Shown here piece by piece: positions 1 to 10,659 of a stretch of DNA of 64,000 nucleotides (position 1 is the first letter of the stretch; every line of letters starts with the position of its first letter). Below the pieces are notes generated by a model, which ran no database searches, was not told where the DNA came from, and was given only the letters and a program-made list of their open reading frames with translations. Made by a program: the position numbers and the translations under genes. Source of the stretch: a virus. The stretch lies in IMG/VR virus record IMGVR_UViG_3300032046_000015, positions 1 through 64,000 of that record. One strand, 5' to 3'.

Positions 1-903
1 TGGATGCCATAGCACTCCCACTGTGTAATCGCTTGTGGTTAATGATGGAGTTGTTTGCCCCAACAGGGATGTTGTGATATAATTGGTTCCATCCCATTCA
101 CTGAGAACATCCTCATATGCGCCAGTTGTGTTTAGTGTAACACGCACTGTTGCGCCATGCCTATCTTGGTTCATTAGCAATGTGGTGATATCAAAGCGCA
201 ATTGAGTGCCTAAACTGGTAACATCATCCGGTTGCGCATCATCCCACAGTCCATCATAATACTCCCATGTACCATCCAATCCTGTGGCACCAGATAAGAT
301 AGTGAATTTCAATATGTCCCAAAGGATACTTTGGTGCGCTATGTAAAGCATGTCCCCAGGGGCTGGTGCCGCCCATGGGGTGAATGGATCAGCTGGTGTA
401 TATGCTTTGACTGTGTAGTCTGTGTAAACTCCTGCTTCCAAGGCAAATACTGCTGTTGCTCTGTCTGTTCTTTTGAGCGCCACATCACTCAAATTTTCAA
501 ACAAAACAGCAAGTGTATCACCTTCAGACCTTGTTGAAAATTCTGAACCTTCTGGTATGAATAAAGTATCCGTTGTGAATATTGTGGATATTTCAATCAA
601 CAAGTCAACAATGGATGGAGTGGCGTCAGACAATTCATATCCGATTAACTTCAAGATGTTTTTGACACTGCTGCGTAAACTGGCAGTGGGCAACAGGCTT
701 TCCTTTGCCACAAAATCCAACAGAACGTTGTTGAGATGTCCTACCAAGGCATAAGCACGCTCCAACTGAACAAAAGGTTCATAGTCATTTTCATCAGTAA
801 TTTCTGGGGCATAGACACGTCTGTAATTGATCAGTGCTGTTAAAATATCGTTGTAATAAAAAGCACTGAAATCAAAATCAGGAATTTCTATTGTTCTGGG
901 CAT
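1..903 (-). CDS. baseplate wedge protein (T4 gp6/baseplate J-like), runs off window end
   Basis: Not in the ORF track (no stop in window). ATG at 903 reads MPRTIEIPDFDFSAFYYNDILTALINYRRVYAPEITDENDYEPFVQLERAYALVGHLNNVLLDFVAKESLLPTA..., a gp6-like N-terminus following a gp25-like gene. Confidence 0.75.
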   Translation of the reverse strand, partial: MPRTIEIPDFDFSAFYYNDILTALINYRRVYAPEITDENDYEPFVQLERAYALVGHLNNVLLDFVAKESLLPTASLRSSVKNILKLIGYELSDATPSIVDLLIEISTIFTTDTLFIPEGSEFSTRSEGDTLAVLFENLSDVALKRTDRATAVFALEAGVYTDYTVKAYTPADPFTPWAAPAPGDMLYIAHQSILWDILKFTILSGATGLDGTWEYYDGLWDDAQPDDVTSLGTQLRFDITTLLMNQDRHGATVRVTLNTTGAYEDVLSEWDGTNYITTSLLGQTTPSLTTSDYTVGVLWHP

Positions 904-906
904 TGC

Positions 907-1311
907 TCACCTTCCTGTGTTATCTACACGTGGTCTGACATCACCAGTCAATGGTAATATCAACGCAATTTCTTTGTCTTCTGTTGTCTCCAACTCTTGA
1001 TAGGATAAAAACACTTTCATTTCCTGTCTGTTAGAATCTGTGCTATATTTGATGCTGCGCAATTTAGCACGTCCTTGCCTTTGGAATGTAGCAAATATCC
1101 TATCTATGGCCAATCTCAATTTGCCTTGCAGAGGTGGACTATTAACTGAGAATATCAGCTTTTCATCCAAACCTAAATCCTGAAAAGGATTGTCGCTTGG
1201 ACATGGTTGTATGGCCACCATGAGTAATTTTCTCAACTGATCAGAACCAGATGTCACTCTGGCTTTGCCCAATTTATCCACACTCACTGGCACTGATAAT
1301 CCGCTTGACAT
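907..1311 (-). CDS. baseplate wedge / sheath initiator (gp25/GPW-like)
   Basis: 134 aa from the internal Met (MSSGLSVP), which starts 1 nt after the upstream stop; size and position between spike and wedge genes. Confidence 0.65.
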   Translation of the reverse strand: MSSGLSVPVSVDKLGKARVTSGSDQLRKLLMVAIQPCPSDNPFQDLGLDEKLIFSVNSPPLQGKLRLAIDRIFATFQRQGRAKLRSIKYSTDSNRQEMKVFLSYQELETTEDKEIALILPLTGDVRPRVDNTGR

Positions 1312-1312
1312 A

Positions 1313-2098
1313 TCACTCTCCAAATATCTTTGTTGATACCAAAGCTGGCGGTGGAACAGGAAATGTGGACGCTGGTGGCCCAGATGATCCCAAACCAGGA
1401 GTGGTACCTGTATGCGTGTGTGTATCGAACATTGCCTTGACAGCACCTAAGAATGTCAACAACATAGTGCCAAGGACAAACGGTTGTACAGAGGATATGG
1501 AACCAAAATGAATCATGGGTGCTTCTATTGTGGCCAGAGTGTCTGACTTTAGGCTGGCCTGTAGCTTCCCACTTGCTTCTAATTTGTTGGTGGCAGAAGC
1601 CAAAATATCCCTGGCAGCGTCCACCATCATATCTCTCATCGCTTTCCAATTTACATCCCCATCCTTATTAAGTTCAAATCCATGTCCTTTACTGTGGAAT
1701 AACTGGACAAGGAATTTGCCTGGGGAATCATCAAACATAAATAACACAGACTTGAATTTGAATCCTTTGCGTTTGGGATAATTTGTTTTGAACTCCTCTG
1801 GGATATTATTGACATCAGAATAGAGTGAACACTTGTACACAAGGTATTCTTCATTGATATAATCTATGCCTTCAACAGACTCAACTTCAACTGTAGTATC
1901 AACATCAGGGACAAAGAACAGTCCATAACCATCTGGCCCTGCCAATGGAAATGATGGCCTGACAGGAATAGGATATTCATCATTTTCATTCCCAGTCAAC
2001 GTCAGGCATTTGATCATGATCTCTCCTTGTGTAAATGCCTGACCGTCTGGGCCTGTCTGATTATTGGATACAACTCCTATGTGTGTTTGCTTGGCCAT
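1313..2098 (-). CDS. baseplate central spike (gpV/gp5-like)
   Basis: OB-fold-like N-terminus (GYGLFFVPDVDTTVEVE) and C-terminal HTHTG metal-binding apex motif. Confidence 0.8.
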   Translation of the reverse strand: MAKQTHIGVVSNNQTGPDGQAFTQGEIMIKCLTLTGNENDEYPIPVRPSFPLAGPDGYGLFFVPDVDTTVEVESVEGIDYINEEYLVYKCSLYSDVNNIPEEFKTNYPKRKGFKFKSVLFMFDDSPGKFLVQLFHSKGHGFELNKDGDVNWKAMRDMMVDAARDILASATNKLEASGKLQASLKSDTLATIEAPMIHFGSISSVQPFVLGTMLLTFLGAVKAMFDTHTHTGTTPGLGSSGPPASTFPVPPPALVSTKIFGE

Positions 2099-2102
2099 TC
2101 AC

Positions 2103-3410
2103 TCAATCCCATGGATTCTTTTTTTTCTTTTTGCGCTTGCGTTTTGGTTTTACAGATAGTGCTTTTGACTTGGCACCCTCTTTTGGTATAGTTGTTGGCA
2201 CTAATGTCGCTGTGAAAGCAGTCGTGTATGCCTCTTTGGCTATTATGTGTCTAACAGCCCTGAAGTAATACTTGCCACTGAATCTGTTTCCAATACCTTT
2301 CAACTCATGTACCTGCATAGGCTTTATTGTTTCCACACCTATGGTTGAGCCTTTGGCTATTAAAAAAGCATCACGCTTCAATGCCAATATCCTATTGGCC
2401 ATTGCTCTGGCTTCTGGTTCTGAATTGACTGTGGACGATGCTGTGACATATATGTTTGTTCCAAACTGTCCCAGCGCAACAGAATCTCCATGGACTATCT
2501 GCTTGGTGATAGCGTTGCCTGCACCTGATCCACCTTCCCATTTATACTTTTCACCTGCCTGCGTTGTCATGATTCTAAACACAATAACACGGTTGTTCTT
2601 AGCATCCCAACCGTACACATTGAATTGAGCAGCTTGACCAGTCAAAGAAAATTCAGGTTCAAGACTGAATAAAGTTGTCTTGTCGCCATTGTCATAATAT
2701 AACACATAAGATGGCTTCTTGTTAGGTTGCGGTGGCCCCCAAAATAGCACATCTTTTTTCTTGTCTGGATCATATGTGACATAAAATTCATAAGCATTAA
2801 GTGAGGCCAATTCCTTTATGAAATCCCAATCACTGACATCTGGTTTTAATGTAATGCCCTTCTTGGGAGCAACTGTGCGTGGCGCTGCCACCATGCTTGT
2901 GTCGAAGCCATATTGTGAACCGATTGATTTAATGACATCTTGATAATTCTTATTGCGCCATTGGTTCTTGTCTCTCTTGGGTGGCACTGGATTCAACATC
3001 TCTTGGGCTGCTCCTAATGCCTGGACTTTCAACACAGCTGCGCCATCCTTTGGAAAATCAGGCAACCAATTTTGAATCTTGCCACGGCAAAGAAAAGCCA
3101 GGTTATCAGCATATCCTGCCATCACTTCTACCACGTTGCCTTCCGCAAACATAGTGAGATCAGATATGCGGTCAACTGGTGGTGGTGTTGAACCTTTGGG
3201 ATAGAATTGAGTTTTCAAGTTCAAGTTGGCTATATCAAACTTAATGCTATCCACCATGCCTATTTCTAACTCAACCTCAACATTGCTAATAAGTGCCAAC
3301 ATATCTTGCGATAATTCCTTGCCATTGATCTTGATCATAAAATTTGGAGCCAAATCATCGAATGAAAATGTTGGTTCCAACGGCTTGTTTTTTATCACAT
3401 CATTTGGCAT
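2103..3410 (-). CDS. baseplate hub / late control D-like protein
   Basis: SDWDFIKELA and GIGNRFSGKYYFRAVRH motifs typical of gpD/VgrG-like hubs; gene order. Confidence 0.8.
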   Translation of the reverse strand: MPNDVIKNKPLEPTFSFDDLAPNFMIKINGKELSQDMLALISNVEVELEIGMVDSIKFDIANLNLKTQFYPKGSTPPPVDRISDLTMFAEGNVVEVMAGYADNLAFLCRGKIQNWLPDFPKDGAAVLKVQALGAAQEMLNPVPPKRDKNQWRNKNYQDVIKSIGSQYGFDTSMVAAPRTVAPKKGITLKPDVSDWDFIKELASLNAYEFYVTYDPDKKKDVLFWGPPQPNKKPSYVLYYDNGDKTTLFSLEPEFSLTGQAAQFNVYGWDAKNNRVIVFRIMTTQAGEKYKWEGGSGAGNAITKQIVHGDSVALGQFGTNIYVTASSTVNSEPEARAMANRILALKRDAFLIAKGSTIGVETIKPMQVHELKGIGNRFSGKYYFRAVRHIIAKEAYTTAFTATLVPTTIPKEGAKSKALSVKPKRKRKKKKKNPWD

Positions 3411-3413
3411 AAC

Positions 3414-4244
3414 TTACCTGTATGAATAGTTGATTGCCTTTCCACCCCTGGTTTCAAACAATTTTTTAATAGGTGATGCTCCACCAGATATTTGTGCGGA
3501 CACTGGTGCTACTGCTTTGGCAATCTGGGAGTGTGTAGCTGGTAACAACTTCAACTCCTCTCCTGCTTCCAACTCCTCTCCAACTTTGAAAGTGTTAACA
3601 CTTCTGATGTGTATTCCTTTGAGTGGATCACCATACACATCTTTGGCTACACTTTCAAACGTGTCACCTTGTTTGGCTTTTCTGTACAGAGTGCTTTGTT
3701 CAGGGGTGCCTGGTCTGCTCTCTTGAATTCCTTCTATTGAAAATGGAATGTACTCTGTAAGAGACACAGCAAACTCAATTGATCTGAAGGTGCCATCATT
3801 GCGCACTTCAGATACCTTGACACCGCCAACAGAGTTTACAACACACTGCATTGATATTGGCCCTGCTTCAAAGAAACACACTGGTGGCCTTTTTAAGTCA
3901 TCATCCCTTTCAGTCAACGCCATCATAGCATAAAATCGTTCATTCAGGTCATCCAAGAAATGCCTGGCAAAGAGCAAGGCATTGAAAGAGATGGTTGTCA
4001 GTTTACCTGAAGAATATTGAAGAATTGGCTTGCCACGATTAAGTGTTGTATTCTCACCATACTCTGCTGACTTGTTGATGGTCATGCTTTCTGGAAAGAA
4101 ATCACCAAAAATGTTATAATCGTGATCTACATCGGTGATTGACCAAGGCCAAGTGCTGCCAAATATACCACCAATGATTGGTAAGTTAGGCAGTCTTGGT
4201 GTGCCTATTCTGAATGATCCTAGATTGGAGATTGGGCCAGCCAT
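3414..4244 (-). CDS. tail tube initiator with C-terminal LysM-like domain
   Basis: PILQYSSG and RPPVCFF motifs; KQGDTFESVAKDVYGDP LysM/tail-X-like motif; follows the tape measure gene. Confidence 0.7.
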   Translation of the reverse strand: MAGPISNLGSFRIGTPRLPNLPIIGGIFGSTWPWSITDVDHDYNIFGDFFPESMTINKSAEYGENTTLNRGKPILQYSSGKLTTISFNALLFARHFLDDLNERFYAMMALTERDDDLKRPPVCFFEAGPISMQCVVNSVGGVKVSEVRNDGTFRSIEFAVSLTEYIPFSIEGIQESRPGTPEQSTLYRKAKQGDTFESVAKDVYGDPLKGIHIRSVNTFKVGEELEAGEELKLLPATHSQIAKAVAPVSAQISGGASPIKKLFETRGGKAINYSYR

Positions 4245-4255
4245 TGTTGTTTACC

Positions 4256-6802
4256 TCATGGAGCAGATGACAGTGTCACATACTCTCTTAACTCTCCTGG
4301 CGATACAGATGTTGAACGCATCTTGCGATCAGCCCTGAACCTTTCAACTGCTTGCGCAATCACACGTCCATCCACATGTAGATTGCTGTGTATTACTACA
4401 ACAGACTCAGAACCACCAACATTTATGGAAGGAACAACGGTTGGGGCTGCTGTGATCTTTGCTGGTGTTGGGCCTGGTGAAACAGGAAGTGGGCCCAACT
4501 GTCCGGCACCTGGTACTAGACTCATAATGGCTTTAGCATTTTCAGCAATCCATTGCAGCTTGTTTACTATCCATGTAACCTTGTCAGCCACAAATTGTAT
4601 AGGTGCTTTGATAGCGTTGATCACCCCTTCTATAATGGGGCCAGCAGTTTGCCATGCCGTTGTAAGCACTCCTGATACTGTACCAGCCAACTCTGTAACG
4701 AATCCAACAACACTTTGGATGCCACTACTGATAGCATTCCATACACCCGTTGCCACCCCTTTCACAGTGTTGAATGCTCCCACCAAGGCACCCCATATAG
4801 TGGTGGCAACGCTGGTTATGACTTGTCCCAACAACATCCAGCCTTGTATAACCATTTTAACTACACCAGCAACCACCACAAATCCCACAACAACTCTGGT
4901 GGTTAACCAAATGGCCAGTTGGGCTAAATTGGCTATGAGCCAAGCAACCACTTGGACAATTGCCCCAATAACTATCACAATACCTGCGCCCCATGATTTG
5001 GCACTGCCACCTGAGCCTTTGAAGAACACACCGAACACCTGTTTCAACATAGCCACGTTTTTCTTGAGTGTGTTCCATACAGGCAGGAATTGGCTGAGTA
5101 TTGGTTTCCATACCAAGCTGAATCCCTCAACCATGCCAGTGAAAAATCCTTTGAAGAAATTGTAAACACCTTTGGCAACCCTGATGATGGTACCAAAAGT
5201 GCTCTCACCCTCTTTTCTAAACAGCAATATAGCAACTGTCAATAAGCCAATAACTACCACAATAGGCCAGAACATTGCGCTCAACACAGTAAGTGCTCCA
5301 GCGACTATGTTGAACAGAGCAGTGGCAACCGTCACAATGAATGCGATGGCAGCACCGATTGGCACTATCACAGCAGTTGCTCCTGCCAAAACTCCTATGA
5401 TGATCGTGGCCCATTTGGCTATGCTTTGCATTGTGGTACCACCAGCATATTGACTAAGCATTTCACCAAAGGATTTCACAGCTGCTTTGGCACCTTCCCA
5501 TAATCCACTTAGAACACCGATGCCCTGCTTCATTCCCTTAGCCACAGCCTGGGCTGTTGGGCCAATCTTTGCCCAGCGTTCATCCAGTTTCCTTGACTCC
5601 TCTTCAGTGCGTTTAATCGGATAATTGAGAATCTGGAGTGCCACAGCTAGATCAGACATGAATTTGGCTGCTGCTCTGAATCCTGTTGATAATACTGGCA
5701 GCAATGTTGTACCCACTTCAAGTCCAAAAGCTGCCACACCGCTCTTGAACAACTTGATCGATGTGTTGAAAAGATTCATGCGTTCAGCAGACATCTTGGC
5801 CATGTTGCTTTCTGCGTCCTTATATTGCTGTATCAAGTCTGCTACATATTCTGCGCCAGCACTCTTCAACAATTCAAAACCCTTGATGCCTTGTTGTCCG
5901 AACAACTGAAGCATCATCATGTTTTTCTTTGTTGGATCTTTGATGGTGTCCAACGCCTTGCTAATATCTGATACAAGAGCAGGAAGTGGTTTCAATTGCG
6001 TTTGGCCATTGGCTCCCACTTCTGTCAGAGTGATGTTGAAATGCTTGAGGAATTGCTGCGACAATTTGGATGGCTGGGATAGTTTAGTCAACATGGTGTT
6101 CAACATTCTACCACCCATTGTTCCTTTGAAGCCAGCATTCGCAAACACAGTCAACACAGCAGCTGTCTCTTCCAAACTCATCTTCAAGGCTGTAGCCTCA
6201 AATGTACTGGCCTTGAATGCTTGAGTCATCTGCCGCATCTCCTCTGCGTTGGCATCTCCAGCCAATGTTAACACAGCAATAGCGTGACCTGCGTTCTGGG
6301 CATCTATGTCTAACACCTTGAGATAAGATGATATGACTTGGGCTGACTCTCCCACTTCCATGCCTGACAATGAAGCAGCTTTCATAACAGCAGGCATTAG
6401 TGCCATCGTTTGTGTGACGTCAAAACCTGCTCCAAGCAATTCTTGCATTCCTTGTGCTGCTTGTTCACCTGAAAATTTAGTTGTAGCACCAAACTCTCTG
6501 GCTTGTTGCTCCAACATGCGTAGCTGGGGTGCGGTGGCACCTATAGCCAACCCTCTCACTTTGGCCATCGCAGCTTCAAAATTACCTGCTTGATAAGCCA
6601 TGACACCCAAGCCAGCAGCGAACACACCGCCTATGGTTAGCAAAGACTTGAAACCAGTTGCCATCATAGACATGCCCTTACTGGCAGCATCAAATCTTCC
6701 ACTCATATATGTGGCCGCTGCGCTGGCCTTGTTCATGCCAGCAATAGCAGAGTCACCCGTGAATTTTAATACTGCGCCTAAACCAAGTGTTTGGAATGCC
6801 AT
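4256..6802 (-). CDS. tail tape measure protein (TP901 family core)
   Basis: 848 aa, Ala/Gly-rich; FEAAMAKV..AREFGATTKFS..GFKGTMGG core; hydrophobic segments and Trp-periodic repeats. Confidence 0.92.
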   Translation of the reverse strand: MAFQTLGLGAVLKFTGDSAIAGMNKASAAATYMSGRFDAASKGMSMMATGFKSLLTIGGVFAAGLGVMAYQAGNFEAAMAKVRGLAIGATAPQLRMLEQQAREFGATTKFSGEQAAQGMQELLGAGFDVTQTMALMPAVMKAASLSGMEVGESAQVISSYLKVLDIDAQNAGHAIAVLTLAGDANAEEMRQMTQAFKASTFEATALKMSLEETAAVLTVFANAGFKGTMGGRMLNTMLTKLSQPSKLSQQFLKHFNITLTEVGANGQTQLKPLPALVSDISKALDTIKDPTKKNMMMLQLFGQQGIKGFELLKSAGAEYVADLIQQYKDAESNMAKMSAERMNLFNTSIKLFKSGVAAFGLEVGTTLLPVLSTGFRAAAKFMSDLAVALQILNYPIKRTEEESRKLDERWAKIGPTAQAVAKGMKQGIGVLSGLWEGAKAAVKSFGEMLSQYAGGTTMQSIAKWATIIIGVLAGATAVIVPIGAAIAFIVTVATALFNIVAGALTVLSAMFWPIVVVIGLLTVAILLFRKEGESTFGTIIRVAKGVYNFFKGFFTGMVEGFSLVWKPILSQFLPVWNTLKKNVAMLKQVFGVFFKGSGGSAKSWGAGIVIVIGAIVQVVAWLIANLAQLAIWLTTRVVVGFVVVAGVVKMVIQGWMLLGQVITSVATTIWGALVGAFNTVKGVATGVWNAISSGIQSVVGFVTELAGTVSGVLTTAWQTAGPIIEGVINAIKAPIQFVADKVTWIVNKLQWIAENAKAIMSLVPGAGQLGPLPVSPGPTPAKITAAPTVVPSINVGGSESVVVIHSNLHVDGRVIAQAVERFRADRKMRSTSVSPGELREYVTLSSAP

Positions 6803-6811
6803 ATATTTACA

Positions 6812-6964
6812 TCACTTCCTGGTGGCAGCTTTGATAGCTTCAACCTCATCATTCTTTTGCTTGCTCACTCTTTGCATGAACCATTCTCTCTCTGATCTTG
6901 TTAACCTACACACATCGCTCCAAGACATTCGCAGATGGTACATCAAATGGAATGCTTGTTCCAT
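6812..6964 (-). CDS. tail assembly chaperone C-terminal ORF (probable -1 frameshift partner)
   Basis: 50-aa ORF MEQAFHLMYHLRMSWSDVCRLTRSEREWF..., read by hand; its frame is open back to the T TTT TTC site in the upstream gene. Confidence 0.7.
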   Translation of the reverse strand: MEQAFHLMYHLRMSWSDVCRLTRSEREWFMQRVSKQKNDEVEAIKAATRK

Positions 6965-6978
6965 CAATTCCTTGTAGG

Positions 6979-7794
6979 TTAAGGAATTGAGGAATGTGAG
7001 AAAAAATTGTCATAATTCCAATCCACTCCTTGCTCATACTTTCTGTTGCAATTCTCGCACTTGGTCTCAACAGACATATTGAGCCCACCGTTCATGTCGT
7101 TTATTGCCTTGGCAATCAGCTCAATGTCCACCTTGTACAGAGAATCCAGGATGTCGTCAGTGGCTATGAAGTGGTCACGCTGTAATCCTGTAACACCAAC
7201 AATGCTGTCTCTTAATATGTTTGTCTTGACAGCACCATCGTTGGACAGACTTTTAACAGTTGAACCTTCCATGGCCATCCAAGTGCTTGGCCTTATTGTG
7301 ATCTCTTCATGGGTTGTGCCACTCACAATTATACCTTTTTTCAAGATAATTGTTCTGTGTAAGTCCATGGGTGACTTGACTTCCTGGTCATTTGAGTCCA
7401 CTTCCAGTTCATCTAATGATATGACAATTTTGCTTTTATTGCCACACATAGGGCAGGTGGACTGTAAGGATACATCAGCCCCTAATGCCTCACGCCTCAG
7501 CCACACGTACATGTACATAACATCCGATATGAACATCTGGCTGACCATGAGTCTGCGTTGGGCTTGATTCTTATCTTGGAAGGACATACCACCTATAGAG
7601 ATGGTCATGGCACCTAACACTTCAGAAATGAATGGACAAATGAATTGGTAGTCACCCGTCTCACGGATTTTGCCAACCATTCTCTCCTCTTCCATGCGCC
7701 ATGGTTTGTGTGTGAATTGCTTATGTAGTGTGCCGTCAGGAGCAAATAGCCCAATAGGCAACACATTTTGTAAGTCTTTCAGCGTCTGTTTCAT
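6979..7794 (-). CDS. tail assembly chaperone / T4 gp26-like hub protein with two CxxC motifs
   Basis: Lies between tube and tape measure genes; CPMC and CENC motifs; GGAGG RBS before MKQTL. Confidence 0.65.
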   Translation of the reverse strand: MKQTLKDLQNVLPIGLFAPDGTLHKQFTHKPWRMEEERMVGKIRETGDYQFICPFISEVLGAMTISIGGMSFQDKNQAQRRLMVSQMFISDVMYMYVWLRREALGADVSLQSTCPMCGNKSKIVISLDELEVDSNDQEVKSPMDLHRTIILKKGIIVSGTTHEEITIRPSTWMAMEGSTVKSLSNDGAVKTNILRDSIVGVTGLQRDHFIATDDILDSLYKVDIELIAKAINDMNGGLNMSVETKCENCNRKYEQGVDWNYDNFFSHSSIP

Positions 7795-7841
7795 CCTGAA
7801 ATCCTCCAAATAATGTTTTGCTGTGTAGTTTCATGTCAAGA

Positions 7842-8282
7842 TCAGATTGGCAGTATCTGATCTGCCTTGAACGTCCATTCCACGACTGCCGGTTCACCTT
7901 CATTAGCCATCTCCAAGTCAGGCAATTTGCGCTTGGAAATGAACACACCGACAACAGTGAACGTTCTCAACGTGTTGCCTGTTAAACTTTTGTGGATAAG
8001 TGTACCCACCTTTTTGTATGTAGGGGACACAGGGTCTTGGCCTTCTTTGAACCATAACTCCAAAGCAACCTGCTCCAGCAGGTGGTGCATCATGGTCTCA
8101 GCTGTGAACTCTACAGGTGCGGTGTTACCACCACTTGCCACAGTCCGGTCTGGCAGACTTACTGATTGTAACTCCTCTTCAATGCCGCTCACCTTGGTGA
8201 ATTCGATGGGCGGCATGCCAGCCACAAATAGTGTGAACTTGTTGACCGGAATGTGATCCGCTTGTAAACGACCTTTCAGCAT
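7842..8282 (-). CDS. tail tube protein (T4 gp19-like)
   Basis: 146 aa after the sheath gene; FTKVSGIEEE, WF and PDLEMANEGE motifs. Confidence 0.85.
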   Translation of the reverse strand: MLKGRLQADHIPVNKFTLFVAGMPPIEFTKVSGIEEELQSVSLPDRTVASGGNTAPVEFTAETMMHHLLEQVALELWFKEGQDPVSPTYKKVGTLIHKSLTGNTLRTFTVVGVFISKRKLPDLEMANEGEPAVVEWTFKADQILPI

Positions 8283-8318
8283 ATGATTGTGCCTCCATTC
8301 ACTGTGTTATCGTTTGGA

Positions 8319-10634
8319 TCACTGAGTGGTCTCAAAGATTCCCAGTTTGTTCATGGTGATGATGAATCTCTCCACCGTGTCCGCAAGCTTGAGTCCAACT
8401 TGCGCATTGAGATTGCCTGCCGCACGCTCAATCGGTGTGTTGATTTCTTTGTCCAATTTGATTTGGAGTGCCGCATCCAATGAGACATTCCTATCCAGTG
8501 CGCCCTTTGCATATTCAGGCAGGAAGTAAGCACGCAAAGCATTGAACGCTATCTGCTGTGTAATCGGATCATTGATTGCGAAGATGATCCAATCAAAATT
8601 CTCACGCAGAACGTTCTCATAATAGGACATCAACTCACGATGGTGTTTGAATCTCCACGCAGGATCAGTGCTCAATGACCGATCACCCCAGATGATCACA
8701 TTGCCGGATTTGAACTTGATCACCTGTATGCCTTGTGGGTTGAGTATCTCTTCATTCAACGTTCTGTCCCCAGTGGGCAGTCTCAACACCGCTGGCAATG
8801 TGACGTCTGTACCTGCCGCTGCCTTGTGGTATCCGTCATAGTTGCGTGCGACAAGTGCTTCACGTCCATGGATAGCACCAGTCAGACTGATCTGCTTGAA
8901 GCCATATCCTGTTGGATTGGCAATGTCACCGTATGATGGAAAGGCACACACACCAAAGTCATTGCGTCCGATTGTGTCGTTGATGTACTCTTCTGCGGCT
9001 GTCTCATCCACGATGTTGGGTGGCACTTCCACTCTGAACTGGTAATTCTTGGCTTCAGCATAAGCCAAACCAGCCTTCTGGATTGCTGTGGCAGTTACAC
9101 CAGGAGTGGCTATCTTGACAAGCCCAACATTCTTTCCAAACAGACTGTTGATTGGACTATCAATTGGGCTGAGCAGATTGGTGTATCTGCTGTCTGTTAT
9201 CGCATCCAACCCGTCATAACCACCTTCCAACTCCTGCGGTGCTATGACTATGTAAGGATCACCCGCTGTGGCCCCTGATGTCATATCATCACTTGGCCTG
9301 ACGGTGAGGCTTGCTTCTGTGTTCTGCGTTATGGTGTACTTGACACGCCTGTTCGCTGTGTTAGGAACCACAACACCGTTGATCAAGGCATCTTGAACAA
9401 ACGGATACAGTTCAAGAGTGATTGTGTCTCCTACAGCCCAATTGGTTACTCCAGCTGTGATCGTGAAATCCAATCCCAAATCGTTGGGCCAGCTATACGC
9501 CACCGCTGTTGTGCCGTTTGGCAAATCGTTTTTGGGATTGATCGATGTTTTGACTGACCACACTTCTGAACCTGGCGTTGTTGTGTCTGTACACTCCAAC
9601 ACAACCTGCTGTGCCCGTATGTCGCTGCCAAGCACAAATGTTCCAATGTCTCCATCCGCTCCACCTGGAGAGTTGATGACATATTGGCCAGGTAAACATG
9701 TCAATACTGTGGCTGTCAGCGTCAATGATCTGCCACAATAGTTGGCTGGCCTGACGTCTGGAGTGATTGATCCACTCCATAAATCGGTCACCTTGATCTC
9801 TTCATTGTTGCCGTCATCATTGATGACACGCACAAAATACCTGGCAGCGTTTGGATCCATGGACAGGTCAGGATATTTCAGAGTGAGGTCACCGCTGACG
9901 TACACATTGAGTCCCCACTCATTGATTGGATCCAATTCGCCATCCACGACCTCAACAGCGATTGATCTGCCTTCATTCTTTAAGTCCACCTCAAACTTTA
10001 GGTTTGTTGGATCAGAACCACCGGCAAGATCACTCGACATGGTGCTGTCTGACGCCACAGTGAACACCAGGTTGGTGGTTGAGTTTGCTGCGTTGGAAGC
10101 AACCACTGTGTATTCTTTGCCTGGAACACCAGCCAAGCGCAATTTGGCGTCTTTCCACAGGTTTTCTGGTATGGCCACCGCTGGCTTGTATCCTGTGTCC
10201 AGCGTTGTTTCTGTTATGTCAACCAAAGCTCCTACAGAAGCTGCCATGATCCTCTTGCGTCCAGCCCACCTGCCTGGGCTTTTTGCCTCTATCTTCACAA
10301 CATCACCACGTGGTGTTCGTCTGTTTTTTAATGTGGTGCTTGCTGTGATCTCTTTTCCGTCTGTTACTCGCACTGCGAACAGTTGGCCTGATCCTTGCCC
10401 CATATCAAAAAAATCCTTGATGGAATCAGGCACCAAAGATTCAGGAATCAGACCACCCGTTTTGCGAATGGCTGATGTCTTGCTGGGGCAGGATATGAGT
10501 GATCCGATTGGGCCTTTTTCAAGAGCACCCAAATAGCAGACCACGCCCAACTGTCCAGGTTGTATTGTCTTTTCTGGCGTCTGTTCAATCACTACAACCC
10601 CAGGTGCGTTTGTTGGGCCAAATCTCCTCTGCAT
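8319..10634 (-). CDS. tail sheath protein
   Basis: APGVVVIEQ N-terminus, AKSPGRW, GYHKAAAG, IWGDRSLS and FAINDP C-terminal sheath motifs; long inserted domains. Confidence 0.93.
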   Translation of the reverse strand: MQRRFGPTNAPGVVVIEQTPEKTIQPGQLGVVCYLGALEKGPIGSLISCPSKTSAIRKTGGLIPESLVPDSIKDFFDMGQGSGQLFAVRVTDGKEITASTTLKNRRTPRGDVVKIEAKSPGRWAGRKRIMAASVGALVDITETTLDTGYKPAVAIPENLWKDAKLRLAGVPGKEYTVVASNAANSTTNLVFTVASDSTMSSDLAGGSDPTNLKFEVDLKNEGRSIAVEVVDGELDPINEWGLNVYVSGDLTLKYPDLSMDPNAARYFVRVINDDGNNEEIKVTDLWSGSITPDVRPANYCGRSLTLTATVLTCLPGQYVINSPGGADGDIGTFVLGSDIRAQQVVLECTDTTTPGSEVWSVKTSINPKNDLPNGTTAVAYSWPNDLGLDFTITAGVTNWAVGDTITLELYPFVQDALINGVVVPNTANRRVKYTITQNTEASLTVRPSDDMTSGATAGDPYIVIAPQELEGGYDGLDAITDSRYTNLLSPIDSPINSLFGKNVGLVKIATPGVTATAIQKAGLAYAEAKNYQFRVEVPPNIVDETAAEEYINDTIGRNDFGVCAFPSYGDIANPTGYGFKQISLTGAIHGREALVARNYDGYHKAAAGTDVTLPAVLRLPTGDRTLNEEILNPQGIQVIKFKSGNVIIWGDRSLSTDPAWRFKHHRELMSYYENVLRENFDWIIFAINDPITQQIAFNALRAYFLPEYAKGALDRNVSLDAALQIKLDKEINTPIERAAGNLNAQVGLKLADTVERFIITMNKLGIFETTQ

Positions 10635-10659
10635 AACCGTGTCTCCTTTCCTTGTGTAT

